A stretch of 64,000 nt of DNA. Origin: Bacillus sp. (in: firmicutes) (GTDB lineage Bacteria; Bacillota; Bacilli; Bacillales; Cytobacillaceae). This document shows, piece after piece, positions 6,902 through 18,600 of this stretch. Location of the stretch: the NCBI GenBank assembly GCA_031177865.1, contig JAPSKD010000002.1:1641-65640 (forward strand). Direction: 5' to 3'. Under the pieces are notes generated by a model, which saw only the letters and a program-made list of their open reading frames with translations, had not been told where the DNA came from and did not search any database. The translations under genes and the position numbers were made by a program. Positions within the stretch are counted from its first letter, which is position 1. The number at the start of each line of letters is the position of its first letter.

Positions 6902-9900
6902 GTGAAAAAGGGTATTAAAAAGAAGTTTAGCGGATTGCTAGTCTCTACACTTGCTGTTGGTATGCTTTCTCCATTAGGATCCGGCGCATCAGCGGAATCT
7001 TTGCCGAAAAATGTCTTATCCAATGAGGCATATGTAAAACTTAAAATCATGGAAACGACTGATGTCCATGGAAGCATTATGAACCATGACTATTATTCAG
7101 ATACACCTGTCGATAAGGGTCTTGTAAAAGTGTCGACTTTAATAAAAGAAGAACGGGCTGAGAATGAAAATAACTTGCTGTTCGATAATGGCGACCTCTT
7201 ACAGGGAAATCCTTACACAGATTACATAGCGAAAGAAGATCCGCTGACATTTGCGGACCGTTTATCAGGCAAAGACCGTTTTAAAACGGCTGTGGAAGTT
7301 TCGAAAAAGGGCTGGGATTCATCCGACGTTGTTGTGATTGCCAGAGCAGATAACTTTGCAGATGCGCTTGCGGCTACACCATTAGCGTATAAATATGATG
7401 CCCCCGTTTTATTAACAAAGACAAAAGAACTAAATGCTGATACAAAAAATGAAATTAAGCGATTAGGAGCTAAGAAAGTCCTAATTGTGGGCGGTACAGG
7501 AGCTGTATCTACAGCAGTTCAGCAAGAAATTTCTAAAGATTTGAAAGTTTGGGTTAAAAGGATTTCAGGTGCTGACCGTTTCGCAACAGCTGCTGAAATT
7601 GCAGGTGAATTAGGCGGAAGCGCAGATACAGCTATTCTAGCATACGGCGGTGACTATCCTGATGCCCTTTCCATTGCTCCATATGCAGCTAAAAATGGCA
7701 TTCCAATCCTATTAACTGGCAAGAACTCTCTTCCAAAAGCAACTGCAGACGTGCTTGCAAACAAGGAAAATACGATTCTTGTAGGTGGTTCCGGCGTAAT
7801 TAGTACAGCTGTTGAAAAGGCTGTAAAGAATCCAACACGCTATTCTGGCAAAGACCGTTTTCAAACTGCTGTAAAAGTAGCGACTGAGCTTGATGAAATC
7901 AAGAGTAAAGTATTTGTTTCAAACGGCTATGGGTTTGCGGATGCTTTAACTGGCTCTGTGCTGGCTGCTAAAGAAGATGCTCCATTGCTGCTGGTTAAGC
8001 AAGGCTCATTGCCGGCAGGAACTGATGCACTTGTAGACGGAAAATCTGTCGTTGTTCTTGGTGGAAAAGGGGTTGTTTCTGAAGGCCTAATCGAAAATGA
8101 AACACATCCAATCTATGAAGCAATGAATCAATTGGATTACGATGCTGCCACTTTAGGAAATCATGAATTCAACTATGGCCTTGATTTCTTGGAGGGAAGC
8201 TTAAAAGGTGCTGAATTCCCTTATGTAAATGCCAATGTTTATAAAGATGATCATGATAATGACCCAACTAATGATATAAACTACATCAAACCATACCAAA
8301 TCATCGAAAAGAAAGTAAAGGATGAAGCTGGTAAAGAGCAGACTGTTAAAGTGGGAGTCATTGGCTTTGTTGCCCCTCAAATCATGCAGTGGGACAAGGC
8401 CAACCTTCAAGGCAAAGTGGTGACGGAGGATGTTGTTGCTTCTGCCAAGAAGTGGATTCCTGAAATGAAAAAAGATGGTGCTGAGGTGGTTGTTGCACTA
8501 TCACACAGCGGATTTGACGGAGATAAAACAAACAAAGAAAATACTGCGTTTGCTCTAAGTGAAGTAGAGGGTATCGATGCGATTTTAATGGGCCATACCC
8601 ATAAATCGTTCCCAAGCAATGATGCGTCCTTTAAAGTAGATGGAGTAGATACAGCAAAAGGCACCATAAACGGGGTTGCGGCTGTACAAGCGAATGTTGA
8701 TGGAAGCAATCTTGGTGTCATTGACCTGACTTTAGCAAGAGTGGATGGAAAATGGACTGTTAGGGATTCCCAGTCAGAGGTTCGTGTTACTTCTAAGGAT
8801 GTGGCTAACGACCAGAAGCTTGTAGATATATTAAAATCATCACATGAAGAAACGGTTAAATACATTAACAGCCCTGTTGGCGAAACAACTGCACCTATCC
8901 ACAGCTATTTTGCACGTGTACAGGATGATCCATCTGTACAAATTGTTAGCAATGCGCAAAAAGAGTTTGTAGAAAATGCACTTAAAGGAACAGAATATGA
9001 GAACCTTCCTGTGCTATCATCTGCTGCTCCATTTAAAGCAGGCAGAAACGGCGCGAGTGAATATACAAATATTCCCAAAGGTACAATCACGATCAAAAAC
9101 GTGGCTGACCTTTATAAATACCCTAATACTGTACAAGCTGTTAAATTAAACGGTGCAGAAGTGAAGGAGTATTTAGAGTGGACAGCTGGTAACTTTAATA
9201 AGATTGACCCTTCAAAAACAGAAGAACAAAATCTGATTAACAATGATTTCGCAGCTTACAACTTTGATACTTTGGATGGCGTAACATATGAAGTTGATGT
9301 AACTCAGCCTGCAAAATATGATTCAGCTGGAAAAGTTGTGAACGAAGGCGCTAGCCGTATCAAGAATTTAGAATTCAATGGTAAGCCTGTTAAGGAAGAT
9401 CAGGAATTTGTCATTGCAACAAACAACTACCGTGCAGCAATGTCAGTTGTTAACCCTGATGGCAATCGAATCATCTATCAATCTGCTGACGAAAATCGCC
9501 AGGTAGTCATGAATTATATCATCAAGAACAAGACAATCAATCCATCTGCTGACCAGAACTGGAAGCTGTCTCCTATATATGGTGATGTAAATGTTACATT
9601 CGAATCGTCTCCAGCAGCTAAGGAAATTGCAGCTAGTACTGAAAATATTGAATATGTTGGCGAGGGAGCAAACGGTTTCCACAAATATGCAGTTAACATG
9701 TCAAAACCGTTTGAAGTTCAATTATTGGGAATCAATGATCTTCACGGCCAGCTTGATACGTTTAATGCAAAGCTTGGTGCTGAAGGTGCCGGCGGAATTG
9801 AATATTTGGCGGCCTACTTAAAAGAACGAGAAGCAACAAATCCTAATACATTCATGCTTCATGCAGGGGATGTGGCAGGAGCAAGTTCGCCGGTGTCTGC

Positions 9901-11209
9901 ATTGCTGCAGGATGAGCCGACGATTAAGCTATTAAATGAAATCGGCTTTGATCTAGGAACACTTGGAAACCATGAATTTGACGAGGGCGTTGATGAGATG
10001 CTTCGTTTGATCAACGGCGGAAGCCATCCAAAGACGGTTGATAAGTACGGTGAATTCGAAGGGGCAAGCTTTCCATACGTAGTTTCTAACGTAGTTGATT
10101 CAAAAACAAAAGAACCTATTTTGGATCCATATGTAATCAATGAAGTAAATGGCGTTAAGATCGGATTTATTGGAGTGGCATACTCTGACACACCTACTAT
10201 CGTTACTCCTAGCGGTGTAGCTGGAGTTGAATTCACGGATGAAGCTGAAGCAATCAACAAGTATGCTAAGGAATTGAAAGATCAAGGGGTAAAATCAATT
10301 GTTGTTGTATCCCACAACCCTATAAAATCTGACACTGACGGCAATAACCCTACAGAAGAGCTTGTGGAGATTGCAAACAAAGTTGATGATGAAGTCGATG
10401 TCATGTTTGGCGGACATAATCACCAATATGCAAACACAGTAGTTGATGGCAAGCTTCTGGTTCAATCTTTCTCATACGGAACTGCATTCTCTGATGTAAA
10501 TCTTACGATTGACCCTGTAACAAAGGACATCATTAAGAAGGAAGCTGAAATTGTAACGACTTACCGTGATGGCATTGAGCCAGATGCAGAAATTAAAGCT
10601 ATGCTTGACGCATACATTGAAGATGTTGCTCCAATCCTAAACGAAAAAATTGGTACAACAACCTCTGGTATCAGCAGAGATGAAAATGCTGACGGAGAGT
10701 CTCCAATGGGTAACCTGATTGCTGACTCTATGATTGCTGCAACAGGGTCTGACTTTGCATTCATGAACCCAGGCGGTATCCGTGCAGAAATTGATGCAGG
10801 GGAAATCACTTGGAAGGAAGCATTCACTGTACAGCCATTCGGCAATGACCTTGTAACAATGGACCTGACTGGTGCACAAATTAAAACTCTATTAGAACAG
10901 CAATGGGGTTCTAAGCAAAGAATTCTTAAGGTTGCCGGTTTGAAATTCTCTTATGATACATCGAAAGAAGCTGGCAAGCGCATTGTTTCTGTAACAAAAG
11001 CGGACGGGACTCCTATCGTAGATACAGAAACATATTCAGTAACGGTTAACAACTTCATGGCTGATGGCGGAGATGAATTGCACGTTCTTAAGGAAGGCAA
11101 AAACCGCGTAGTCGATGTAGTAGATCTAGAAGCATTGGTTAACTACATTAAAGATCAAGGCGAAGTGAACCCTGTTACAGAAGGGCGTATTATTAAAGTT
11201 AATAAGTAA
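6902..11209 (+). CDS. Secreted bifunctional 2',3'-cyclic-nucleotide 2'-phosphodiesterase/3'-nucleotidase + 5'-nucleotidase (CpdB/YfkN-like) with internal CWB2 x3
   Basis: ETTDVH, NGDLLQG, LGNHEFNYG, SHSG, GHTH; second domain INDLHG, AGD, GNHEFD, GGHNH, NPGGIR; CWB2 repeats at about 7250-8090. Confidence 0.92.
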   Translation: MKKGIKKKFSGLLVSTLAVGMLSPLGSGASAESLPKNVLSNEAYVKLKIMETTDVHGSIMNHDYYSDTPVDKGLVKVSTLIKEERAENENNLLFDNGDLLQGNPYTDYIAKEDPLTFADRLSGKDRFKTAVEVSKKGWDSSDVVVIARADNFADALAATPLAYKYDAPVLLTKTKELNADTKNEIKRLGAKKVLIVGGTGAVSTAVQQEISKDLKVWVKRISGADRFATAAEIAGELGGSADTAILAYGGDYPDALSIAPYAAKNGIPILLTGKNSLPKATADVLANKENTILVGGSGVISTAVEKAVKNPTRYSGKDRFQTAVKVATELDEIKSKVFVSNGYGFADALTGSVLAAKEDAPLLLVKQGSLPAGTDALVDGKSVVVLGGKGVVSEGLIENETHPIYEAMNQLDYDAATLGNHEFNYGLDFLEGSLKGAEFPYVNANVYKDDHDNDPTNDINYIKPYQIIEKKVKDEAGKEQTVKVGVIGFVAPQIMQWDKANLQGKVVTEDVVASAKKWIPEMKKDGAEVVVALSHSGFDGDKTNKENTAFALSEVEGIDAILMGHTHKSFPSNDASFKVDGVDTAKGTINGVAAVQANVDGSNLGVIDLTLARVDGKWTVRDSQSEVRVTSKDVANDQKLVDILKSSHEETVKYINSPVGETTAPIHSYFARVQDDPSVQIVSNAQKEFVENALKGTEYENLPVLSSAAPFKAGRNGASEYTNIPKGTITIKNVADLYKYPNTVQAVKLNGAEVKEYLEWTAGNFNKIDPSKTEEQNLINNDFAAYNFDTLDGVTYEVDVTQPAKYDSAGKVVNEGASRIKNLEFNGKPVKEDQEFVIATNNYRAAMSVVNPDGNRIIYQSADENRQVVMNYIIKNKTINPSADQNWKLSPIYGDVNVTFESSPAAKEIAASTENIEYVGEGANGFHKYAVNMSKPFEVQLLGINDLHGQLDTFNAKLGAEGAGGIEYLAAYLKEREATNPNTFMLHAGDVAGASSPVSALLQDEPTIKLLNEIGFDLGTLGNHEFDEGVDEMLRLINGGSHPKTVDKYGEFEGASFPYVVSNVVDSKTKEPILDPYVINEVNGVKIGFIGVAYSDTPTIVTPSGVAGVEFTDEAEAINKYAKELKDQGVKSIVVVSHNPIKSDTDGNNPTEELVEIANKVDDEVDVMFGGHNHQYANTVVDGKLLVQSFSYGTAFSDVNLTIDPVTKDIIKKEAEIVTTYRDGIEPDAEIKAMLDAYIEDVAPILNEKIGTTTSGISRDENADGESPMGNLIADSMIAATGSDFAFMNPGGIRAEIDAGEITWKEAFTVQPFGNDLVTMDLTGAQIKTLLEQQWGSKQRILKVAGLKFSYDTSKEAGKRIVSVTKADGTPIVDTETYSVTVNNFMADGGDELHVLKEGKNRVVDVVDLEALVNYIKDQGEVNPVTEGRIIKVNK

Positions 11210-11213
11210 TTTA

Positions 11214-11250
11214 AATGAAGACAGGCTCAATGGTGAAGCCTGTCTTCATT
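11214..11250 (+). terminator. Hairpin after nucleotidase
   Basis: AATGAAGACAGGCT/AGCCTGTCTTCATT. Confidence 0.75.
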
Positions 11251-11423
11251 GCATTTCGTGAGGTGCTTTAACGCCAAAAGTTTAATTTCAAGATGGAATA
11301 TTTTAATTGTCAAGGAAGAATTTTGTCGAAAATTATATTCTGTCATCACTAGAAAACTATCTATCAATTTCCATTATTCCGCCCTATAATTACTTTTGAT
11401 ACTTAACCAACTAGGAGGAAATC

Positions 11424-12386
11424 ATGAAAAAGGCTATCATTCTATCCGCTCTATTAACATTGGCTTTACCTTTTGGACAAGTTAAGGCAGAAGACGCACC
11501 AACCCATCGTATTTCAGGCAAAGACCGTTACGAAACCGCAGTAAACATTTCTGTTGAAGGCTGGGACATGTCTGCAGTTGCTGTTATTGCTACAGGTAAA
11601 GACTTTCCAGATGCTTTAAGTGCAACACCTCTTGCTTATAGATACGGTGCCCCACTTCTATTGACACCGGCCAACTCATTACCAGCCAGTGTGAAAAGCG
11701 AATTAAAGCGGCTAAAGGTAACCATTGTATATTTAATTGGAGGAACTTCGGTTATTTCTGCAAATATAGAAAAAGAGCTTAAAAGTATGGGAATATCCAC
11801 AATTACGAGAATTAGCGGTGCAGATCGCTATGAAACCTCAGTGAAAGTTGCGAAGCATCTGGAGAACTCAGAAAGTGTAGTGGTGGCGACTGGAGAAGGC
11901 TTTGCTGATGCTTTATCAATTGCCCCGATAGCTGCACATTTGGGGATGCCAATTCTTTTAACCAAGAAAAATTCGGTTCCGTCCTCAGTAAGTCAGTTTG
12001 TTAAAGCAGAACAGCCGGTGGAATCTTTTGTTATAGGCGGTACTGGAGTCATAAGTGAGCAAGTGGCAAGCACCTTTCCTATGCCAGAACGTATTAGTGG
12101 GGTAAACCGTTATGAAACAAATAGCAATGTCATTCAATATTTTGAAGAAGCAATTTACATGGATTTACCGGTGATTGCCACAGGTGAAAATTATCCTGAT
12201 GCACTGGCTGGATCAGCCTTTGCTGCTGCAACCTGGAATCCGGTAATCCTAACCCACCCAACTAAACCGCATCAAACAACGATTGATACGGTCCAAACAA
12301 ATTCTGATTATACCGAGCTTTATTACGTGCTGGGCGGGGATAAAGTTGTGACTGAGCAGGCAATAAATTCTTTATTTCAAAAGTAA
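11424..12386 (+). CDS. CWB2 x3-only secreted protein
   Basis: Signal peptide plus three RISGxDRYET repeats and no other domain. Confidence 0.9.
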   Translation: MKKAIILSALLTLALPFGQVKAEDAPTHRISGKDRYETAVNISVEGWDMSAVAVIATGKDFPDALSATPLAYRYGAPLLLTPANSLPASVKSELKRLKVTIVYLIGGTSVISANIEKELKSMGISTITRISGADRYETSVKVAKHLENSESVVVATGEGFADALSIAPIAAHLGMPILLTKKNSVPSSVSQFVKAEQPVESFVIGGTGVISEQVASTFPMPERISGVNRYETNSNVIQYFEEAIYMDLPVIATGENYPDALAGSAFAAATWNPVILTHPTKPHQTTIDTVQTNSDYTELYYVLGGDKVVTEQAINSLFQK

Positions 12387-12494
12387 AGAGCACAGGTCTA
12401 ATTAAAGGTACATCTTTTAGCGAAAGTACTTTTGTTTTGCAATAGTTTAATAGATTAGATTTTAAGAGTGGTTTCAACAATTGGAGGCATACTT

Positions 12495-13901
12495 GTGAGA
12501 AGAAGTCGTTTATTTTTAGCCGCTTTCGTATTGCTATCATTTTCTTTATTCTCTAGTCCAGCATCAGCAAACAATGGTTATGAAGAGAAAAAAATCATGC
12601 TGCAAGAAGATATCGGCTATCCAAATGTTAATGAACAAGAACCCAATGACTATTTTACCGATGCAAATTTAATCTCATTGGAGGATGAAGTTACTGGAAC
12701 AATGAGTTCCGGAGATTGGGATATGTACAAGATTGCAATTCCGAAAAGAGGTGGCTTTTTCCTTGCTGGGCAAGTGTTAGAAGCCTTATCAAGTCGAACG
12801 CCTAAAATCAGTATTGTAATCTATAAGGAGAACCCAGATGGAACCAGAAAGGAAATATCCCAAGTAGATGGCGAAGCAGATAGTTCATTTGATGAGGACG
12901 GGGGATTTTATGCAGAGGCTAAATTAGAAGCCGGCACTTATTATATACAATTAACAGACAACTACCAAACGACACGAGGAGAACAATATACGTTCACTAC
13001 AATGGTCTTTGAACCAGATGTTTATAGAATCTCTGGTAAGGATCGATATGAAACGGCTGTAAATGTTGCGTACGAAGGATGGCAATACTCTGGTGCCGAT
13101 GAAATATTACTGGCAACTGGTACAGACTTTCCGGATGCATTAGCGGCTGCACCTCTAGGCTTCTATTTAGATGCACCTATTTTACTAACAACAAAGAATT
13201 CGCTGCCGAACTCTGTTATTCAAGCAATTCGTGAACTGGATGTAAAAAAAGTAACCATAATTGGCGGTACTGGAGTTGTGTCTCAGGGGGTCGAAAACTA
13301 TCTTAAGAATACTCTTGGTCTAACAGTAGCACGCATTTCCGGAAAGACGAGGTATGAAACGGCGGTCCAGATTGCAAATAAGCTGCCGCTTCAAGAAACA
13401 TCTATTGTCGTTTCAGGGGAGAATTATCCGGATGCCTTATCTATTGGGCCGTATGCTGCCATGAATGGTATTCCGATCTTATTAACTCAGGCCAATACGC
13501 TGCCTTCACCAACTGCAGCTCAAGTAAAGAAATACAGCCATACATTTGTCATTGGCGGAACAGGTGCAGTTTCAGAAAATGTTCGCAAACAATTGCCTGG
13601 CCCTGATCGAATCAGTGGCAAAAACCGCTATGAGACATCAGCAAACGTATCTAAACAACTATTCTCGGCTGGAATTGACTCTGCATTTGTCTCAACAGGA
13701 AGCAACTTTGCAGATGCGTTAACGGGCTCTGTTCTGGCAGGATTATATGTTGAGCCAATTGTGTTAACGACACCAAATACACTTCACCCAGCTGCAAAAG
13801 AGCTTTTTGTTGAAGAACAAGTATTGTGGTACACCATTATTGGCGGAAAAGGTGCAGTGAGTATTGACGTTGAAGATGAAATTTGGTCGTTGATTCAATA
13901 A
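12495..13901 (+). CDS. PPC/collagen-binding-like domain + CWB2 x3 surface protein
   Basis: GTG at 12495 behind GGAGG; EQEPNDYFTDAN..DWDMY..LEAGTYY, then three CWB2 repeats; terminator 13913-13939. Confidence 0.88.
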   Translation: MRRSRLFLAAFVLLSFSLFSSPASANNGYEEKKIMLQEDIGYPNVNEQEPNDYFTDANLISLEDEVTGTMSSGDWDMYKIAIPKRGGFFLAGQVLEALSSRTPKISIVIYKENPDGTRKEISQVDGEADSSFDEDGGFYAEAKLEAGTYYIQLTDNYQTTRGEQYTFTTMVFEPDVYRISGKDRYETAVNVAYEGWQYSGADEILLATGTDFPDALAAAPLGFYLDAPILLTTKNSLPNSVIQAIRELDVKKVTIIGGTGVVSQGVENYLKNTLGLTVARISGKTRYETAVQIANKLPLQETSIVVSGENYPDALSIGPYAAMNGIPILLTQANTLPSPTAAQVKKYSHTFVIGGTGAVSENVRKQLPGPDRISGKNRYETSANVSKQLFSAGIDSAFVSTGSNFADALTGSVLAGLYVEPIVLTTPNTLHPAAKELFVEEQVLWYTIIGGKGAVSIDVEDEIWSLIQ

Positions 13902-14063
13902 TAACTTTAGGAGGAGACAGAGGAGCTCTGTCTCTTTTTAACGCTTGCTGAACTCTTTGTCAACGCAGAAGGATTTTTATGGATACTCAGCAAGACTGGA
14001 AAATGTGGACTGCAGGTGTTTTATTGATTTGAATTAGACTTTTACACCTGTTCACTAAAAATC

Positions 14064-14258
14064 TTACTTTTCGGAACTGCAGCTCTTTAAAAACAGAGAT
14101 ATTAAAGCAATAATAAAAAATGCCATAGCCAATGAGGCAGAAAAGGCAGAGGAATCAGGTAATAAAAACTTTCCTGCCGCATATGATATAACTCCCATTA
14201 ATAAATATGATAGAAAGTTTACAGTTTTAGTATTTTTGAATCTTAAAGTGTGCTTCAA
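14064..14258 (-). CDS. Possible 64-aa two-TM membrane protein
   Basis: Two hydrophobic segments; weak RBS, TTG start. Confidence 0.35.
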   Translation of the reverse strand: MKHTLRFKNTKTVNFLSYLLMGVISYAAGKFLLPDSSAFSASLAMAFFIIALISLFLKSCSSEK

Positions 14259-14427
14259 TATCTCTACAAAGGATATAGAACCAAAAATAATTCATAAGTT
14301 TAGCAGTATATCTGCCACTCCTAATCCCCCTAAATGAACATCACTAGCAGCTAATTATTACTCTTCCGCAGCCTCAGCTCTTCATTTTTTCAAGTGAAAA
14401 TTCAGGATGGTAATGGATGGAACTCGA

Positions 14428-14935
14428 TTATGTTTCTCTCAATCTTCTCCTTGTATCTTCATCTATTAAAAAGAAAATGATTGAACTTATTACAGCGGAA
14501 ATGCAAAAGAAAGGTTCAATAAAGTATGTAAAAAATCCCAAGCCAATATGAATGAATGCAGATATCCATGCTTGATATACACTGAAACTTCCAGAAATAA
14601 GTTCTGCAATAATGGAAGCGGGTATTCCATAACAAAAAACTCCTAGTGAGCACATGAAAAAAATAAATAGAAAGTCAAAGAACATGGTAAAGTCAAGTGA
14701 GAATCTTCAGAAATGGGTACAACACTAATTCCAAATGAAAAAATAAGTGAAGTGTACAAAGCTACTCTAATTTTTCTGAGTTTTTTTTAAACATTATCTC
14801 TCTGGCTGCTGGGATTAGAAAAGATATTGAAGATATGGCGAGTATCAATTTTATTATTTCAGGAATGATAGAAACATATATGATGAATAAGACAAAGACT
14901 GCAGTGACGCTTGGAATTATATTATTAGCACATAG
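14428..14935 (-). pseudogene. Degraded multi-TM membrane protein gene (copy 1)
   Basis: Reads IIPSVTAVFVLFIIYVSIIPEIIK..REIMFKK / frameshift in A8 tract (14781-14788) / RKIRVALYTSLIF / second shift / FLFIFFMCSLGVFCYGIPASIIAELIS..FFLIDE. Confidence 0.65.
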
Positions 14936-14990
14936 CAAATCTAGTTTCAGCCTTTCTTATATTAATAGGTTAGGAATAAAATCTCCGTTT

Positions 14991-15545
14991 CTAATTTATT
15001 GGCCGGGCATAAAAGACAAACCGCTCAGGTGCATCGCCAATATAGGTAAAGGGGTAGCAGGTAGTCACAGTCAATACCTCTTCTGGAGACGTGGTTTTAA
15101 TAATGGTAAGGTCATCTGCATCAACAATCTTCGTATCATAAATTTCGTAAGAAAAGTCCCCATATGATAATTTCACCGTAAAGATGTCTCCAATCTTAAG
15201 TTGGTCAAAGTTCCGAAAGACTGTGTCCCTGTGACCTGAAAGGACTATTTGATCTTTTTGTCCGGGAAAAGCCGTTCCGGTGTAATGTCCTACTCCAGCC
15301 TCAAGCTGATCGTTATCTGTACCCTCAATGATGGGAATATTCTTATTAATTTTAGGTACCGATAGAAGTCCGATTGTTTCATTCTGTTCAAATACCAGCT
15401 TTTTGTCTGCTCCATTACGCAGCAGCTCCCTGGCTTCTTTTCTTCTATCTTCAATCTGATGATGAGAGTCTCTAATCTCAACTATCGAATAGGCGGTTAA
15501 AGCTGATCCAATTATTAGAAACAAATATATAAGTGTTTTTTTCAT
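14991..15545 (-). CDS. Class D sortase
   Basis: N-terminal TM; GVGHY, VLSGHRDTVF, LTVTTCYPF and catalytic R in PERF. Confidence 0.95.
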   Translation of the reverse strand: MKKTLIYLFLIIGSALTAYSIVEIRDSHHQIEDRRKEARELLRNGADKKLVFEQNETIGLLSVPKINKNIPIIEGTDNDQLEAGVGHYTGTAFPGQKDQIVLSGHRDTVFRNFDQLKIGDIFTVKLSYGDFSYEIYDTKIVDADDLTIIKTTSPEEVLTVTTCYPFTYIGDAPERFVFYARPIN

Positions 15546-15674
15546 GCCAGCCTCCTCATTTGTCGAAAAACGGCTAAAAATAAAGATTTACTTTTATTTA
15601 TTAACAATTATAATTATCTTAAATGTATAATTCTAGTAAATATTAACTATTATTTCCAAAAGAGGAGTACGCGA

Positions 15675-18600
15675 ATGAAAAAAAGTAAAATCTGGTTAAA
15701 TGTTGCTGTCGTTATGGCTATTATTTTCTCATTTTTTAGTCCGATTTCCCAGACACATGGATCAACAAAAGCTGCCGCCATGATTGATTTAGCAGAGCCT
15801 TTGTTGGAAGACGGGAAAGTAACGTTAACATGGAAAACAATTTTATCCGTCCAGAATCAAAGTCAGGAAACCTATAAGATGATTAAAAATGATGAAATTC
15901 TGGAGATCGAGCCAACTTTAATATCGGCTGAAATTCTAGATGAAAAAGTCATTAAAACATACGAGTATATTGATCAGGCAGCAGCAGAAGAACAAGTATA
16001 TGTATACTCTATTAAGGGCCAACAGGGTGATGTAGATTTAACAAGTGCTGCAAAAAAGGTATCTGTATACATAGAGGACTCACAATCTTCACCAGAAGAA
16101 AGTGAGGAGCCTGCAGAAGAAGCTAAAACTGACGAGTCTTCAAAAGGCAGTCAAGAACAAGCAGAGTCTGATCAGGATCCCCCTTCAACAGAAGAACCAG
16201 CTAATCCTGTAGCCGAAGAGGTTATATTAGAGAACCCTAATCTTGAAAAAATCATCCGAGAGCAGCTGCCTAAACCAGAAGGTGCTCTTCTAAAAGATGA
16301 TCTGGAAAAGTTAACTTTCTTGAATATAAATAACCGCTTTGGGGATGTTGATAGTTTAAAAGGATTAGAGCTTGCTGTTAATCTGCAGCATTTAATAATT
16401 GAAGATGTGTCGATATCAGATATCAGCATCCTGGAAAACTTAACGAACCTTACTGAATTAAAAATAAATTCTTTGCCTTTGGAGAATATTGATAGTCTGC
16501 TAATGCTTCCGCTTTTGGAAAGAGTTCAAATTGGGAATCTGGAGCTGGACCTGGGTCAATCAGATGTTCTAAGGGATTTATCCCTTAGAGGTACTCAGAT
16601 TGAAGTATTGGATGACAGTAAATCGTTTCTTTTAAATGTCTATCGGATTACCGAATCCTCTGCTCAAGTTTCATGGGGGATGTACGGGTCAGGAAAAGTA
16701 GATAAATACACTTTAACTCTTAACGGGGAAATCATTGCCACAGTGGAGGATGATGTATATGAACACCAATTAACGGGGCTGAAGCCATCAACCTCCTACA
16801 ATATTAAAGTAAGCGCTTTAAGCGCTGGAAGTGTTATGGCAGAAAATGAATATTCCTTTACAACGCTGCCTTCTCCACTGGGAGAAAAAGTGAAAATACC
16901 GGACTCTAATCTTGAAGCAGCCATCAAGGAAGAGCTTGGCCTTGATCGTGAACTTCATACGAGTGATATGGAAAGATTGACAGCTCTCTTTGCTCCGGGA
17001 ATGGAAATTGAGTCACTGGATGGCTTGGAAAATGCAGTGAATTTGGACCATCTGGTTGTTTACGATAACAGAATAGAGGACTTAGCTCCTCTGAAAAGTC
17101 TAACAAAGCTTGTGATCCTGGATATTGGCGATAATCCTGTTTCGGATTCTTCGATTTTTAAGAATCTAACGAAGCTGGCCAATCTGGATGTATCCTACAC
17201 AGGATTTGAAGATTTCACATTCTTAAAAGAACTTCCTAGCCTTCAGGCGGTTTATCTTTATGGGAACCTTCAGATTGAGGACCATGCTCCATCAATAGAG
17301 GCGCTTGAGTATCTGCGTTCAAAAGGTGTGGAAGTGAATTATGATTTTGACGAGAATGTGAATATGGAAATCTATACTGATTTTGTAAATGAATCGAAAA
17401 TCGGAATCTCCTGGGACTATTGGACAGAGGAAGAGGATGATTACTCCTATCCGGATCAATATGTGCTTTCTGTGGATGGTGTCGAAAAAGAAATCTCAGG
17501 CGAAATAAACTCAGAAATTTTTACTGAATTGAAACCAGAAACAGAGTATAGTTTTAAAGTTAAAGCCTATCAGGAAGGGAAATTAATCGGAAAGGCAGCA
17601 CTGACTGTAAAAACGGCACCGCTGCCGACTGGTGATATTATTCACTTTCCAGATAAGAAACTGGAAAAGGCACTGAAGGAAAGGCTTGGACTGGATCGGG
17701 ATATTCAGGAAAGTGACATGCTCTCGCTGGTATCGATTGACTTATCATCAGCTGAGATTAAGGACCTTTCCGGTTTGGAGAAGGCGGCCAATCTGGAGGA
17801 CCTGTCTCTTTGGGATAATAACATAAAAGACTTATCCCCGTTAGGCAGCTTAAAACACATAATGAGTCTTGATTTGGATGGAAATCCAATTACAGACCTT
17901 AAACCATTAACGGGATTATCTAATCTGCATGCATTGTTTCTTTCCAATACAGGAATTAAAGACTTTTCCAGCTTAAATAACCTGTCCGGCTTAATGTATT
18001 TGACACTCTCAAATAACGGGATCGGAAGTATTCCGGATTTATCCGGGCTGAAAAGCCTCGAAATATTGGAGCTGAGCAGCAATAACATAACCTCTCTTAA
18101 GGGGCTTGAAGGACTTTCAAACCTGATGATGCTGACTATTGAAAGCAATCCGGTATCCGACTTTACTGTGCTGTCCAAAATGAAGCTGCTCTATTTGGAT
18201 GCTTCTTATACAGATATGCAAAACCTTAAGTGGGCGGCTGATTTAACCCAATTAGAGGGACTCGCTGTTGCGGGAAACAATCTCAGTGACATCTCGCCAC
18301 TGAAGAATTTAAAAAACTTATCCATGCTTCTGTTAAACGAAAATCAAATCAGTGATATTCGTGTTCTTCTTGAGCTTGAAAGGTTAGAATATGTAACTTT
18401 ATTCAATAATGAGGGACTGGACCTGTCTGAAGGCTCCGAAGCAATGAAAATCATTGAACAGCTGCTGGCAAAGGGAGTTTTTGTTGAATTTGAAAACATT
18501 ACTGAAGGAATGCTTTATTTTGACTCAATAGCCTCAACTAGTAATACCATTGATGTCTCCTGGACTTATGAAGGGGAAGAGGAGATTGAGGAGTATCAGC

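Noticed and set aside
7247-8090. Insert in the nucleotidase as an intein
   Set aside because: No C/S start or HN-C/S/T end; it is plainly three CWB2 repeats.
8201-10879. Many short antisense ORFs under large genes (also under 15675, 44032 and 55975)
   Set aside because: Shadow frames from codon bias, with no RBS or motifs.
14835-15167. 110-aa + strand ORF
   Set aside because: Antisense to the sortase and the decayed membrane gene.
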